This document shows, piece by piece, positions 37,668 through 50,300 of a DNA stretch of 64,000 bases. Position 1 is the first letter of the stretch, and every line of letters starts with the position of its first letter. The position numbers were made by a program, and so were the translations under genes. The stretch comes from Paecilomyces variotii (lineage: Eukaryota), in the NCBI GenBank assembly GCA_004022145.1, contig RCNU01000001.1; one strand, 5' to 3'. Below the pieces are notes generated by a model that ran no database searches, had not been told where the DNA came from, and was given only the letters and a program-made list of their open reading frames with translations.

Positions 37668-38999
37668 GATTGTAACATATAACAAGGTGCCACAAGATCA
37701 GAGGAGCCAACGTGTTCGCAGATTTTCTGAACGGAAGTTCAGAACTAACTGTAGGTTTCGAAACAAATGCTAGATGACAATCTCAGGAGAAGCATAAGTA
37801 TATACGGTGTGTATAACTCCTACAGAGGATTATCACTGACCCGATCTAACAGGGAAGAAAACTATAGAACCCTTGGGAAAGTTTTGGCGCAGATTTTTTT
37901 TATATTGCCTGTCTTAGCGCCCACAAGGGTCAGTAATGGATAGTCCGCAGCCACAATCAGACAGCGTCTTCGGGCGTTTCGAGACTGCAAATGTTTCAAA
38001 GTATATTCATTCGTAGAAGCGGCAAAAGCTACTTGCTATTTGTCTGATGTCGGCCCTTTTTCCTTTCCTTTTCTTTTCAACGCGAAGCAGCAGAAACAAG
38101 GCTACATGACGAACACCATATTAGATCCAATAGTCAGTGTGAAGTTGGGTACTTTGCAGACATGTCCCTCTTCCATTCACTATACTGCGGCGCAGCATTT
38201 CAATGATTTTAGCCCCCATGAGTTGTATTAGTGCCTCGGGGAATGTTCCGGATAGTGGCTATCCTGCCAATCAGCGTGTGTATAGGCGCCAGGTTCAAAG
38301 TCAGCCTCGTGCAAGTACAGAAAAAGCAAAGAGAAGGGCAAATTCTCCTGTCCAAGAGCCAATCAACCGGCATAAATATCAAGATATTGTCTACCTAGAG
38401 ATGCAGCTAGACGCGTATAAATGATACAAGAAATTAAAGGCTCTGTCCTATACGTCTCGAGTTTCTTTCCGCTTGTGCTCTACATTGCTGTATTTGCTTG
38501 GGGGTTGATATCAGAAATCCAACAATTAGATACAGCCTGTGCTTGGCAGGGAATAGAGTTAACTGGTTGTCTTGATATCCCTGATTCTTGGCTCAGCGCG
38601 AGGCGCAACGATCTACCGGGAGTGTTGTACCCAGCTTCCGCCCGTAAAACAGCCAGGATGCGCAAGCCGTGAAGACCATAGCAAGAGACCAGAAAAAGCA
38701 AGTGCCAGCGTACCTGTTTACGCCGGCCTAAACAGCCAGCCCACAGCTTGACCGCTGAATTTGGCTGGTTCTGATAATTGGACCGCAATATGCACATTCT
38801 GGTGAACGAAGTCTAGCGGTCATAGTGTCACAATGACCTTTAGATTCTGAGAAGAAGAAGAAGAAGAAGTACCAAGTACCAGAGTTCATTTCTGCATCTG
38901 TTAGCATATTCTGATAAACCCAAATGGAAAAGAAGAGGAAAGAAGCGATCCCTCGGAAGTCTGTCTAACCGACCCCTAAATTGTGTGGAGCAGCTGGCA

Positions 39000-39480
39000 C
39001 TGCTGACCTACATGAATCTCAAATTAATATTTCTGCTACTAACTACTGCAACCCAAGTACTTTTGTCCCTACTAGTCAACAATAATAATGGGTCTCGCAA
39101 AGCGTAACTAGATCTTACCTTCCCCTTAACAACGTCGCCATCAATAATGAGATCTTATCCCTTCACCGCCCCACGGGCTAATACTGCGAAGCTATATAAG
39201 CACGTCTCTCCCGTTCGGATACGGCCACTGAAGACTTCCTTGCTCTGGGCCTCTGGCCCACGAAGAATTGGAGCACACCCTTGTGAAAGCTGTGCCAGAT
39301 ACCGAAGGAGAAAATCCAATCGACTAGCCGCTCCTAGCAGCATACACTGAATATGTCGACGATTTCGTCCAGACACCAAGACCAATCTCTTCTATTTCGT
39401 CGCCGGTTGTGGATAACAATTAGAAACAAAAGGCAGCGAATATCGTCGCGTTATATGAGCGAAGCAACTGAATTATCGTT
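39000..39480 (+). pseudogene. Possible decayed coding sequence with stop codons explicable by RIP
   Basis: Protein-like frames interrupted by TAA/TAG that revert to CAA/CAG/TGG; adjacent to the RIP-like tract; family not recognised. Confidence 0.25.
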
Positions 39481-39539
39481 GAGCGTCATCGCCAGTGCGC
39501 TAGTAACTAGCGCGTGCTTATTATTGGTTCGTTTTATTA

Positions 39540-40229
39540 TTAGCATCCAATAAGCTTATCAGGTAATACCCTTTTGTGCCTATCTAAAACAAATACTCGC
39601 GCTGCACCTTTCTTCAATCTACTAACTTCGATATTATATTTGCTCTACTAATTTGCTAGCTTTACTAACCCTATTTAACTATTAACTTTATTAATCTATA
39701 TACCTACTCCTTCAGCTTGAATCTATTCTACTAATTTACTAACCCTTTTAGGACTACTAGATCTGCCTACTATCATCTATGTCTCTATAAACTCTATAAG
39801 CTCTATTCGCTCGTTACAGTCTGCTATCTATACCTGCTTCACTAGTTTGCTTCACTAACTGTTACAACCTAACCCCTAGGGAGTATTCTAGGAGCTGAAC
39901 CGCTGCGCCAGGAAGTAAAAGACTAGGATCCTTGGGCAACGCCCAAGAAACTGCTCTCGCTATATAAGGACAAAGACTTTACTATACCTGCTTCACTAAC
40001 TACTTACTTCGCTAGGTCTACTAAATCTACTAATTCTGATAGATCTATCCCACAAGGTCGAATAAATCATAACTCTATTAACCCTATTATATCTATACCT
40101 ATCTACAGACTACTTATTTTCAGAATCTGAACTCAATATCACGTGAACCCTACCCTACACTACTCTCAAATACATAGGCGCTCAGCACCTAACTGCGCAA
40201 ATGCAATCCGCCACAAGTCTTTAGTAACA
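39540..40229. mobile_element. RIP-like degenerate repeat, including a candidate solo LTR at 39860-40229
   Basis: TpA-rich and G-depleted (8 G in 39601-39720); internal direct repeat CTATACCTGCTTCACTA; TGTTAC...GTAACA termini enclosing TATATAAG and AATAAA; no target-site duplication found. Confidence 0.55.
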
Positions 40230-41977
40230 AAGTTAAAGAAGACAGCGATAAAGAAAGGGTCGAGTTTCAAATAAGAGTCTCTGTCATAATGGATAATGGT
40301 CTGGCCTATCTACTCGAATTGAAAACCAACTGTTTCCCCGGAGTTGCATAATCTACAGTAACGAATTTGCCGATTGTGATAAACCTTCGAGTCCTGTTGA
40401 CGGGTTAATTAAGCTGGTTTAACCTCATTGCATTGTATCGGATAGCTGTAACCTGCATGAACTAGAATGAATTTGTCTCAGTTCGGTTTTGCTTCGATAA
40501 GGAGGAATGTCTACTCCGTAGTGCATAGTTATGTGCTCTTTGCGCAAGCAATTCTGAAGAAGCAGCCCACCAATCGTCATTTTGAAACATGGGGCTAAAA
40601 GGGCTAAGGACTCGAGAAACAAAACAGCTACGCATCAGACCTAGAAGAATTCAACCGCTTATTCCTAATTCATTTGGATGCTGTCACTGCAGCAAAACAA
40701 GGTGCGTGAACTGCGTGATCTTTTCATTCATGCATGCCGGTTCGTCTATTTGGATTTCTGTAATATATCCAGCATCCTAGACCGTTCGGCTGAAACGACC
40801 GTATACTACTATAGCAGTAGTTCTGCAGCCCAGACCGTGAGACACGACTACGACAGAATGGTAAGGAAGAACGCGATAATTTGCAATATATATTAACCTG
40901 GGTTCTCTTCTTCACTAAAAGAAAACGAAAAAGCGCGGTCGTAGCAACCTGCAGATGGACACAGGCGAAATATGGACAGCTCTAGATCCGATCTTGGGAT
41001 CAGACACTCCGTCCAGTCCGTCGATCCTAAAAGCCCGCGGCTGATGACGCCTGTATCAGACAGACCAACCGACTGCTGATCGTGGAGACGTGAAAAGCAG
41101 ACGATCCCCTGGACAAGAAAGGAAAAGTGGTGTACGAAGGAGAGTGAGAATACGCAATCATAAAATGTTTAGAAGAAGGTCTCGGGACATCAGCGGACAT
41201 GATTTAACTGGCCTTTCGTTATCATCACCATCATCTCTTTTAAAACATGCTTTTTGTGGAAATTGTGGTTTCGTCATCGGTAGACAACAATCGAAGAGCT
41301 GTCTGGTGAACCGAGGATTTGCTTGCCCGAAGATTAAACAAGAAAGAAATCAAGTTTTGGGTAAAAAGCTCAAGACCGTTGCCAGTCGTGCGGCTTTATG
41401 CGAGAAGCGAAGATCAAAAAACCAGGACAGTATAATTGCATAAGGAGATTCGTATCATCACGGTCGTTAGAAAGGAAATTCTCAGAAACAGACATCATGA
41501 GAGGAAACTGAAAATAAACAGGAAAAAGCCCAGAAATAGAGAGAAAAAAAAAAAAAACACACGACATGAGTAGAGAAAATCTCGCAGATATATCAGCAGA
41601 TCAACGCTCACACTGGCAACGAATTACATGCCACCAATGAAATCGCCATGTCGAGAAACAGCAGAAAGAAAATTAGAAGGAGCGTCGAATCATGATTCAC
41701 CGCTGCGCGATAATAGGACCATTACCACCTGGTAATGTCACAACATCTCGCAGCACGCTGTACTGGCAGCAATACAGTAGCGCACAATCCCTAAGGCGCA
41801 CCAACAACTGTTGCGCCAACATTAAGTCGTCAATTTGCACACAATATCAATGACACCGTCGACTCCGGGTGCCGACGACTCCAGAAACCCAGAGTCTTAT
41901 CTAGTAACAAGTTACATCAGAGCATGGCTCGGTATGGACCTGGATGTGCTGCGGATACCAAGACAAGTATACCAAAC

Positions 41978-44017
41978 TCATCGACGGCGGCCAATCACAC
42001 TCGCCGCTGTCATGGGTTGCAGACCAAGCGGCCCACCACCGACAGGGCCACCGATCGTGGTCTCTGTGATTGTCTTGCGGCGCTTCTGCTCGTACTCTGG
42101 TCCTCGACTGTCGGGACGGATCAAGCGATCGTCATCGTCATCTCGCAGACGCTTGTTGGAGGACAGGGAACCGTTAAGGGCCGAATAGCTTGGGGCAGAG
42201 TTCGTTGTCGAATATGCATCCCCGTTCGGTGCAGTCCCACGAGTATCGCTGACAATGTTGTAGAGGCTATTAGCCGGGGCGCGTGGGGGAGTGTTATATC
42301 CGGGTGCCCACTGCGATTGAGATCCACCAGTGCGAGGGGTGAGTCGGTCGGCGCCATTCTGGTGCGATGGCGACGCGGTCATATCCGGGGAAATGTGGGA
42401 ATGATCCGCCGTCAGAGCCGCCACAGAAGGGTTGCCGGTGTACGTGTACGAGCCACGGTTGGTATTATAGGCCGCAGAGCCGTCCTGGAGATATTCAGTG
42501 CCATGTTCCTGGACCGTCTCTGCCTCACCCGCTCCATGACCCACATGTCCGTTTCCCTGAACATAACGATCTGGTTTCACATCACCCTGGTCAGTCTCAG
42601 ATTGACCTCCTACACCTCTCCCGGGCGGCGGAGCCATCTCGTTCTTAATGTAAGAGGCCGGAGGGAGTGTCTGCCCATAGCTTGGCATCGATGACTGCTG
42701 AGGAGCATACTGAGCCTGAGACTGAGGGGCAGCAGAGTAATATGGCTTGGAGTTATCGTATCCTGATTGACTCTGGTACGACTGCATACTCTGCATATTG
42801 TTCCCTGGCGGAGTGGTGGCTGGCGTCGTGGGCATGGATCGTGCATTGCTCAAGCCAGTATCGATGGACAGTGGTTGCGAACCTTGGACGTTCTGGCTAC
42901 CCCATTCGTACGAATTGCCATGGCTAGGCATGCCCATCATACTCGATGCGCTGGTGGGCGGTGTCGGGAATGTGTGCGCCCGGTCGAGGCCAGGCCGGCT
43001 GCTGGGGTGAACCAGGGCGTTGGATGGTTGAGCCATCTGGGACGGCACTGGAGTCTGCATCGAGTGGTGGTGGTGCAATGTCGGGGGCTGCTGCGAAGCT
43101 TGAGATGTTCCAGGAGGCTGCGTTCCTTCCAACCGTCTCTGCTGGGACTCGTGCACGACCATGTTGGTCCGGGTCTGGTTAGTTGGATGGTACAATAGAC
43201 CTCCAATGTTGTGCACAAATAGCGGGTAGAGAAGATCAGTGATCTTCTCCTTGTTGGCAAAGTCAAGGGCGCGCTCAAAGGGAATCCTATAGTACTGTAA
43301 GCATGCATTACAAATCCTCATGTTACGGGAAGGAGCCAATCCTACCAAACGCCCTTTAGATGCATTGGGCCAATCTTGACCACATGGCGGATCTTCTCGC
43401 TCTTGAGGATACCATCTCGACGGCCTCTGGTCATTCCGGCCACATTCAGGAGCTTGGTACCGTTGATCATATGGTTATCTTCTCGTCGAGCAACACAGAC
43501 ACCCTTGGCTTCCACTTGATAGCAAAGACTCCCTTCATCCTCCCAGAGAGTGGCCGTGACTCGCGGCTTCGCTCCCGGAGGTGCAATCTGGCCAGTAGTG
43601 TCAAAGGCGTATGGCTGGCTCGCTGTGTTCGAGTTCGTCACATATGCATGGGGCGACACGCTATGGTTGCTCATAGCTGTTTTATCACATCACGTTAGCG
43701 CCGAAGTACATTTTTCAGTGTTTGGAGCCATATCAGGACTTACCAGGCAAGGGCAGCAACTGGGCGGGCACCTGGCTCGTCATCGAAGTGGTCGAAGGCT
43801 GGCTCGCCGCTTGAGGGGATGTAACCCCGTTGGCATATCCATAGTGAGAGTACGAGCCGGTGGGGGCATACGTCGTGGAACCGGGATGCAGAACAGGCGG
43901 TTGCTGGTACGGTTGATAGTGGGTCAAGCTCCCCGCAGTGGCACCCTGCGAGGCGTAGGGCTGCGCAGAGGATAGATGCGAGGAATGCACGTCCATGTAT
44001 GGTTGTGTTTGGTTCAT
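41978..44017 (-). CDS. stuA: APSES transcription factor StuA, about 637 aa from the first AUG; exons 44017-43744, 43676-43346, 43286-41978
   Basis: [71 protein letters not shown]-terminus [12 protein letters not shown]-terminal KRRKT. Confidence 0.96.
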
Positions 44018-46402
44018 GCTGCCAATGGAGCTCTGACCTTGGTAGTAGCCCTCCGCGACCGAATTTGATGCCACGCTGTATTCGGTCTGAGCAGAAGAAT
44101 CCAGAGAGAGGCGGTTCTGGCTACGGCCTGCGACGTCCGCAGACGGAGGCGGGCTCTTGATGTCGTTCACAGAGGCCTGGGAGTACCCCGAGATACTCGT
44201 GCGTGAACTGGGGTTGCTGGACCCAGACGATACCGCCGGTGACGTATCCGGGCCACTTGCTCGCAGCGACGGATAGCCCGAAACGGGCGCCTGGTTGGCG
44301 GATGGGAGAGTGAGCGCAGGAAGCTTGTCACCAGACAGTAGAGGCCGTTCTGCAGCGTGATGGTTATACCACGGAATATCCACGGGGCCTCTGGTGTGGA
44401 CCTGGGAAATCGACGGCAGCTCCAGCTTTCCGGTATTGACGGGAAAACGGCTTTAACAGCGGTGCAAAGTTAGAGTGGGAAGGGACGAAGTGTTCACGAA
44501 AAAAGACTCGTGACGTCCCTGTTCAGATCAATAGAACTCGACTGGTGGAGAGTCGGATCCAGTTCTGTAAACGGAAAACACCAAACAGAAACGGATACCA
44601 CGTCACACCGAAAAAGGAGTATACAACCTCGAGAATGAGCTGTATACAAAGTGTGAAGACCACAGGTCGTCAAAAGCAAATGATAATGGGGGCGTGCGAC
44701 AATGCTGCAAAGCAAATAGAAAAGCACCTGGGGAAGATTGACGCTGAACAAATGTTGCAAGCTCGTAGATGGTCGTAAACGTAAAATGCCAGCTGAGTTA
44801 ATGCAGCTGACGATGCAGATGGCTTATGCAGCACTCGCAAATGGAAACTCTACATCAAAACTTTTCTCTTTTTCTTCTCGTCGTCGTCGTTGTCTCAAGC
44901 TGGAAGCGTGACGCAGGAGGCAGCAAGGAAACAACGGAAATGAATAGCCACGAAAGACAGCAGAATCGCTCAACCAGACGAAGACGGGGTTCGTGGGTAT
45001 CGTGTCAAGTCGTAAAATTCGAACAATAACAGAAGCAACTCGATCGGGACGGTTTCGCGAACCAAACGGGCTGCAACGGCAGGCGGTGCGGGTATACAAC
45101 TTGGGGAGGGGCACTTGGTGCAGAACGAACGAACCGAAGGCCGTACTCGGTATCAACAACAACGGTCTATGGAACACGAGATAATTTTCCTCTTTCGTTT
45201 TCAAAATATTTCTTCTTTTGTGCGAACAGCCGTATCGACAAAGAGAGGCAAGCTGGAGAAACAGCAGTCGTAGTGGTGGCTAGTCGTAACGGTCGTAGCG
45301 GGTCGTAGAATGGGAGGGTTCTGTCCTCGTTTGGCACCAGAGATGGACCAAGGAGATAGAAAGTCGCGTCTGTGAGGGATAAAGCACAGCTGTAAGCAAA
45401 TGTTCGTTCTGTACTCTTCTTTTTTTTTTTCGTTTCTCGTGGCTCGTTTCTCAACAGCAGATCATGAATGCTGGAGAGAGGTGGAGGGGAAGAGAAGGAA
45501 AAGGCACAATGCAGGCGGCTGCAGCAGAGATCGGACGGGGGAAGATCAGGTGCATTGACGGGGAAGATCGGAGAAAATGAAGAAACAACAAATAGGGCCG
45601 GTCTGGCTGGTCGTGGTTAAAGTGCAATGATGGTCGGTGTGTATGGTACGAAACAGTGTAATTGCCAGTAGTCGCAGAGGGGAATTGCATTACCTGCTGC
45701 ACTTTCTAGGAACCCATACAAAAAAGTGGAGGCTGGGGCAAACGCCAGAAAGCGGGAGCCGATCCGGTGTTGCAGGATGGCTTGTGCAGGTAGCTTTCTT
45801 TTTTTTTGGTTTTTTTAATTAATTGGGATATGGAAGAGAGAAGGGAGAAGAGAAAAAGGGAGAGAGGGAGGGAAGAGTGGATTATTGCGTGCAGCCGTCA
45901 CAGCGACTTTCTTCTTCTTTGGGAGAGAAAGAAGAAAGGCCTGGATCGAAGCTGGGTTGACTGCGGTGAGCGAGGAAGCTCTTTCGGGGAGAGAGAGGGG
46001 GAAGAGGCTGCGGAAAGGCCGAGCCGTGACCTTCTTCTTCTAGGCGTGGGGAGGGGGGAAAGCCAGAGTTCAACCAGACAAGAGACAAGACAGACCAGAA
46101 GAGGGGGGGAAGAAAGCAGTAAGGCAAGGCTTTTGGGCGTTTTAGCGGGAGGTTGGGACCGACGGGGCTGGACGCAGGGCAGGAAATCACCGGACTGGAT
46201 GGGGGCAGAGGATGCGTTGGTCCTGGGAGGGGGGTTTGGGGCAGGCCCGGCGATTGGCGGGGCCGGGTGGAGCTAGGACCCGGACCCGATGCGGGAACAA
46301 CGTACAGAGAACTCCGCCAGATTGGACAGCTCGACCTCGTTTGTCACCTGTCGTGATCAACAAGTCAGATTGATTGGCATTCGTCCGGCAAAAACCGACA
46401 AG

Positions 46403-46450
46403 ACGAAGAAAGAAGAAGAAAAAGAAGAAGAAGAATTAGAAGAAGAAGGA
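46403..46450. repeat. Imperfect (GAA)n tract
   Basis: Seen directly. Confidence 0.8.
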
Positions 46451-47353
46451 GAAGATCATGAATAGAGTATGATGCAAAATAAAAAAAAGATCGTCTCTCC
46501 CTTTTTGCTTTGGAGAGTGGGGTTGGGGCCAAGGTAGACAAGAGAACGACAGGATCGCCCGCCAGGACAGCCTCAGGCTGCTATCGCTTTCCCTCTAGCC
46601 CAGCACTGCCAGTGAAGCTTTGTGGAGCTGTCGACGGACAACAACCGTGCGCCCGAGCGGAGTCGATGGAGGATGGATTGCCCTCGCAGGGCCCAGAACG
46701 GAACTCAACTGATTGCCATCACACAGCTTGGTGCAAGGGCCATCCGCTGACGGCCACAGGAACCCTTGGGGTTGACGTAGGGACCATGACCGTGTCCGTC
46801 CCAGGTGCAGATGTAGAAAAAGGTAAAAGGTAAGAAGAGAAATAAGAATATCAAGAAAACGCAAGCAAGCGAACGGTAAGATGCACAGTTGGTTACTTAC
46901 TTACTCAATAACGGCGGTATCCTTTGGCCCCCGGCTCAACAGCGCTGGGCGGCAACCGAGACGGTGTGCTCCGGCGTCCACAGATCGAATGGCGTTTCGG
47001 CTCGACGGTGGATCGGGTATCCGCGCAAAAAAATAAAAATAAATAAAAAGAAGAATGATCAAAAGAAGATCAAGGGGAGCAGCTGTACTAAAGGGAAGAA
47101 GAAAGAAAAGCAAGAGAAGAATGTGTGTAGCCGGCCAACCACAGGAGGGATCGGAGTTTGGCGTGGTCGCAGCTCCTTCGTTGGTCAGAGTTATCGAGAA
47201 AGGCTCCCGCGGACCAGGATGATGCTGGATCTGCTCTGACCGTCGATCGAAACTCGGGACGCAGACACTTCGAATGGATGTTCCCTCTTTATCGGGATGG
47301 CATGGGATCTGGAAGGGGAAACGGAACTGCTACGAGAACGCTGACGTTCTGTT

Positions 47354-47375
47354 CTCTCTCTCTCTCTCTCTCTCT
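47354..47375. repeat. (CT)n microsatellite
   Basis: Seen directly. Confidence 0.9.
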
Positions 47376-50300
47376 ATAAAGAGATTAAACCCCCCTGAAG
47401 GAATATCGATAATATGTCCGGCTGTTGTGTACACGCACGGCTACCGGGTCTGGGGATTGGTCTTCCACACGTTGGGCAACCTGGCTCTGCTTCTAGACCT
47501 CTGTTTTCTGGCTCGTCTCTCCCAATCCAAAATTCCCAAGAAGGAACAGGACGAGCTATGGATGGAGGGGTCCAGACTCTGCTCGGTTAAATGATAGTCA
47601 CTCTATGTTCCCTGTTCTCCAGGAGATGATGATGGCAGCTTCTTGGGGGGTTTCAAGCTCTATACACAAAAGCTCCACGGATTGTATGGTCAACCGGCGT
47701 CCACGAGGGCTGCTAAAAAGTCCAACCAATCGCTAGGGGCGGCGTATCTGCTGCTCTTTCTTTCTGCAAGCGCGGTCTCTGGCAGCTTCGGGACGCGGGG
47801 GAGGGGGGATGGCGTGTTTGGCACTAGAGAAGGGATCTAGAAGAAGGCAACAATACAGCTGTCTAGAGAAGCTCTAGAGGAGCTGCAACTGCATTCGAAA
47901 AAGAAACAAAATGCGGGCAACGGAGCTGCTGCTGCTGCTGCGAGTACGGCAGTCAGGGACGCTGGGAATAGGATGGCGGAAGCAGATGCAAGATTGCGCA
48001 GTCTAAATGGCGGTGGATCGTGGTATAAGAGCCAGACAGCCAGACGGGCTCAATTTCCCTCCCCAATTAGTGACGAGAGATAGTCTCGTCCAGCACGCAG
48101 TTGAGATCAAAACTAACCTGATAGTCACCCATTTTCCCCGCTGAAGCTCTTTTTGGTCTTGATCCCTGGCGGCCTAGCACAGAGTGCCGACTCGAGTAGT
48201 ACTGTACCTATCCGTGGCCCCGCCTATAGTCTAGCTTACTTCCGATGTAACGACTCCTGAGCGACTTGTTCGTCGCGATTCCAGCTTAACCGGACTACTC
48301 TATAGACCGGTGGAGATGGGCTGTAAGCTCGTCATCCCAGGCCATTGGACGTTCCAGGAGCGACAATACCATACTCAATCATCATTATTAAGGCTTCCCG
48401 TCGATCTAGAATTAAGCTGTGGCTCCCTTCTAAAACAAAGGCTTACCCGCTGGCTCTGTTAGTTACTCCTACAACTGGCAGTCAAATCAAAAGAGAAAAG
48501 AAAAGAAAAAAAGAAGCGTCTAAGCTTCTGCTTGGTCCGCCCGGGGCAGCAATGGGAATGCAGGCAAGCGTGGGCTAGCCAGGAAAGACAACGGAGTCGA
48601 CAGTCTGAGAGCTGGACGATGAAAGGCGTTCCCAGGCAGGGATTTTCTGCAAAGAATTTGGACCATTGGTTCACAAGACACCACGAATGATGGCACTACT
48701 TGGGTCAACAATCGGTGAGACCAGTCGATCAAGGGCGACGGCCAAGGAGCGTGTCAGGGACGTGCTTTTGCCGTTTCGGTCCCCCGGATCCTCTGATCAT
48801 GACCTCTTTCGCCAACCCGTGACATGACCACAGGCCTTGTTTCGGCCACCTCATGGCTGGTGGCCAACAGCAGCAGAAGCCACGAGTTCTCTGTTAGGTC
48901 CCCTTCTTGATATGCTCCGTGGAGGATCCACGATCGCCACTGCGCCAGTCAACTACCCTTATCCGGCTGCCGCGCCAATCGATCCTTTTGCAAACGCAGG
49001 AGGGCGTGGCCAAAGTCAAATCGAGCAAAGACGTAGCTATTGGTCTGGCCATCTGCCATCAGGACGCTCGGTAGGTGATGTACAAGTACCCATGGAGTGA
49101 TTTGCATCGCGAACAAGATGTGGCAATGGGGGATGGAAGCAAACCAGCACCACATGTACAGATCAAGGCCCAATAGGTACAAGTACAAACTCTGTCCAGT
49201 CTCGCCCGTAACAACAATAGGGCCATTTCCATCTGATCAAACGGGCCCCATTGGCGGTGATACCTTACCGCTTTACATTTGCCTTGGCGATGTCCTTAGT
49301 CAAGTTTTCGTACTCACTCTGCACAAACGGACCGTTCTCTTTTTCCTTCAAGAATCATCTGTTGCGGCCGCCGGAAAAGCACGCATCAACGATCATGCAC
49401 CGCGAGTGGGGGCAAGAGAGTAGTCTGTGGTTTCCAAGGGCGGGGCGGCCGTGCTGTCAATGTTGGATCTCCCGCCTTGGTTAGTTAATGCCCTTTTTTT
49501 TCAAAAGTGACGGATGATGATTGATTCGAACTGTTGATGGGCTATTTTCGGAAAGTCTTGCGCAGTTTGGCAATATGACAACACCCCCGTTCCCACATCG
49601 ACCGGATCCTCTAATATCGGCTGTCTGATGGCACAGACCCGATCAAATATTCGCTATCCATCCTCACTGTTTTCCTCGCTGTGACACGTCCTTCGAAAAA
49701 GAAATCATTATGAAAAAACCGACAAACCACCGCGGCGCCAGGATAGATGCCGTTGTTCACCGCTCATGAAACCCTAGCTCCATCACTATCACGGCTGTGT
49801 ACTCCTTGCTTGCCTGCTCTGTCCATCTAGCCACTTACGATGAAGCTCGGTGTCCGTCCGCCCTTAGCGCGCTGACTGACAAACCACCGGGTGGATTTTG
49901 GCTGGCTGATAGCGAAACTAGAAAATATCTGGCTATTCTATAATCTGTTAGCCGCCCGGTGGGTCGTTCTTTATGTGCTCCATCCTCTCATGCTTTGTAT
50001 GACGCCGGCTAGGGCTAGTGGCCGGGAAGTCAGAAGTTACCAAGTCAAATCTCCCTCTCGAACCCATGGATGACCGGAGCGTCAGGGTTTCGGCACACTG
50101 CTGGCAGGGTTCCTTGGGAATATTTGGTCCGGAGACATGGCGCGAACCATGGAGAGAGAGGGAGAGGGCGAGGGAGAGAGATTCTAAATAAAGAACTCTT
50201 CCAAATGAAGAACCGCGTTCGTTTTGCCGTCCGTTTCGAGTAAAGCCGCAAACACCTGCTATCGTGATATTATTACTAGACACTGGTCGATCGCTTGTCA

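Noticed and set aside
39868-40160. CCTAACCC/AACCCTACCC as telomere-like repeats
   Set aside because: Isolated imperfect units, not a tandem TTAGGG array
41924-43975. Plus-strand ORFs of 141-256 aa opposite stuA
   Set aside because: Expected antisense open frames of a GC-rich coding strand
45055-49114. StuA-response-like TCGCGAAC motifs at 45055 and 49107
   Set aside because: Short degenerate motif; two noticed hits in several kb cannot be distinguished from chance
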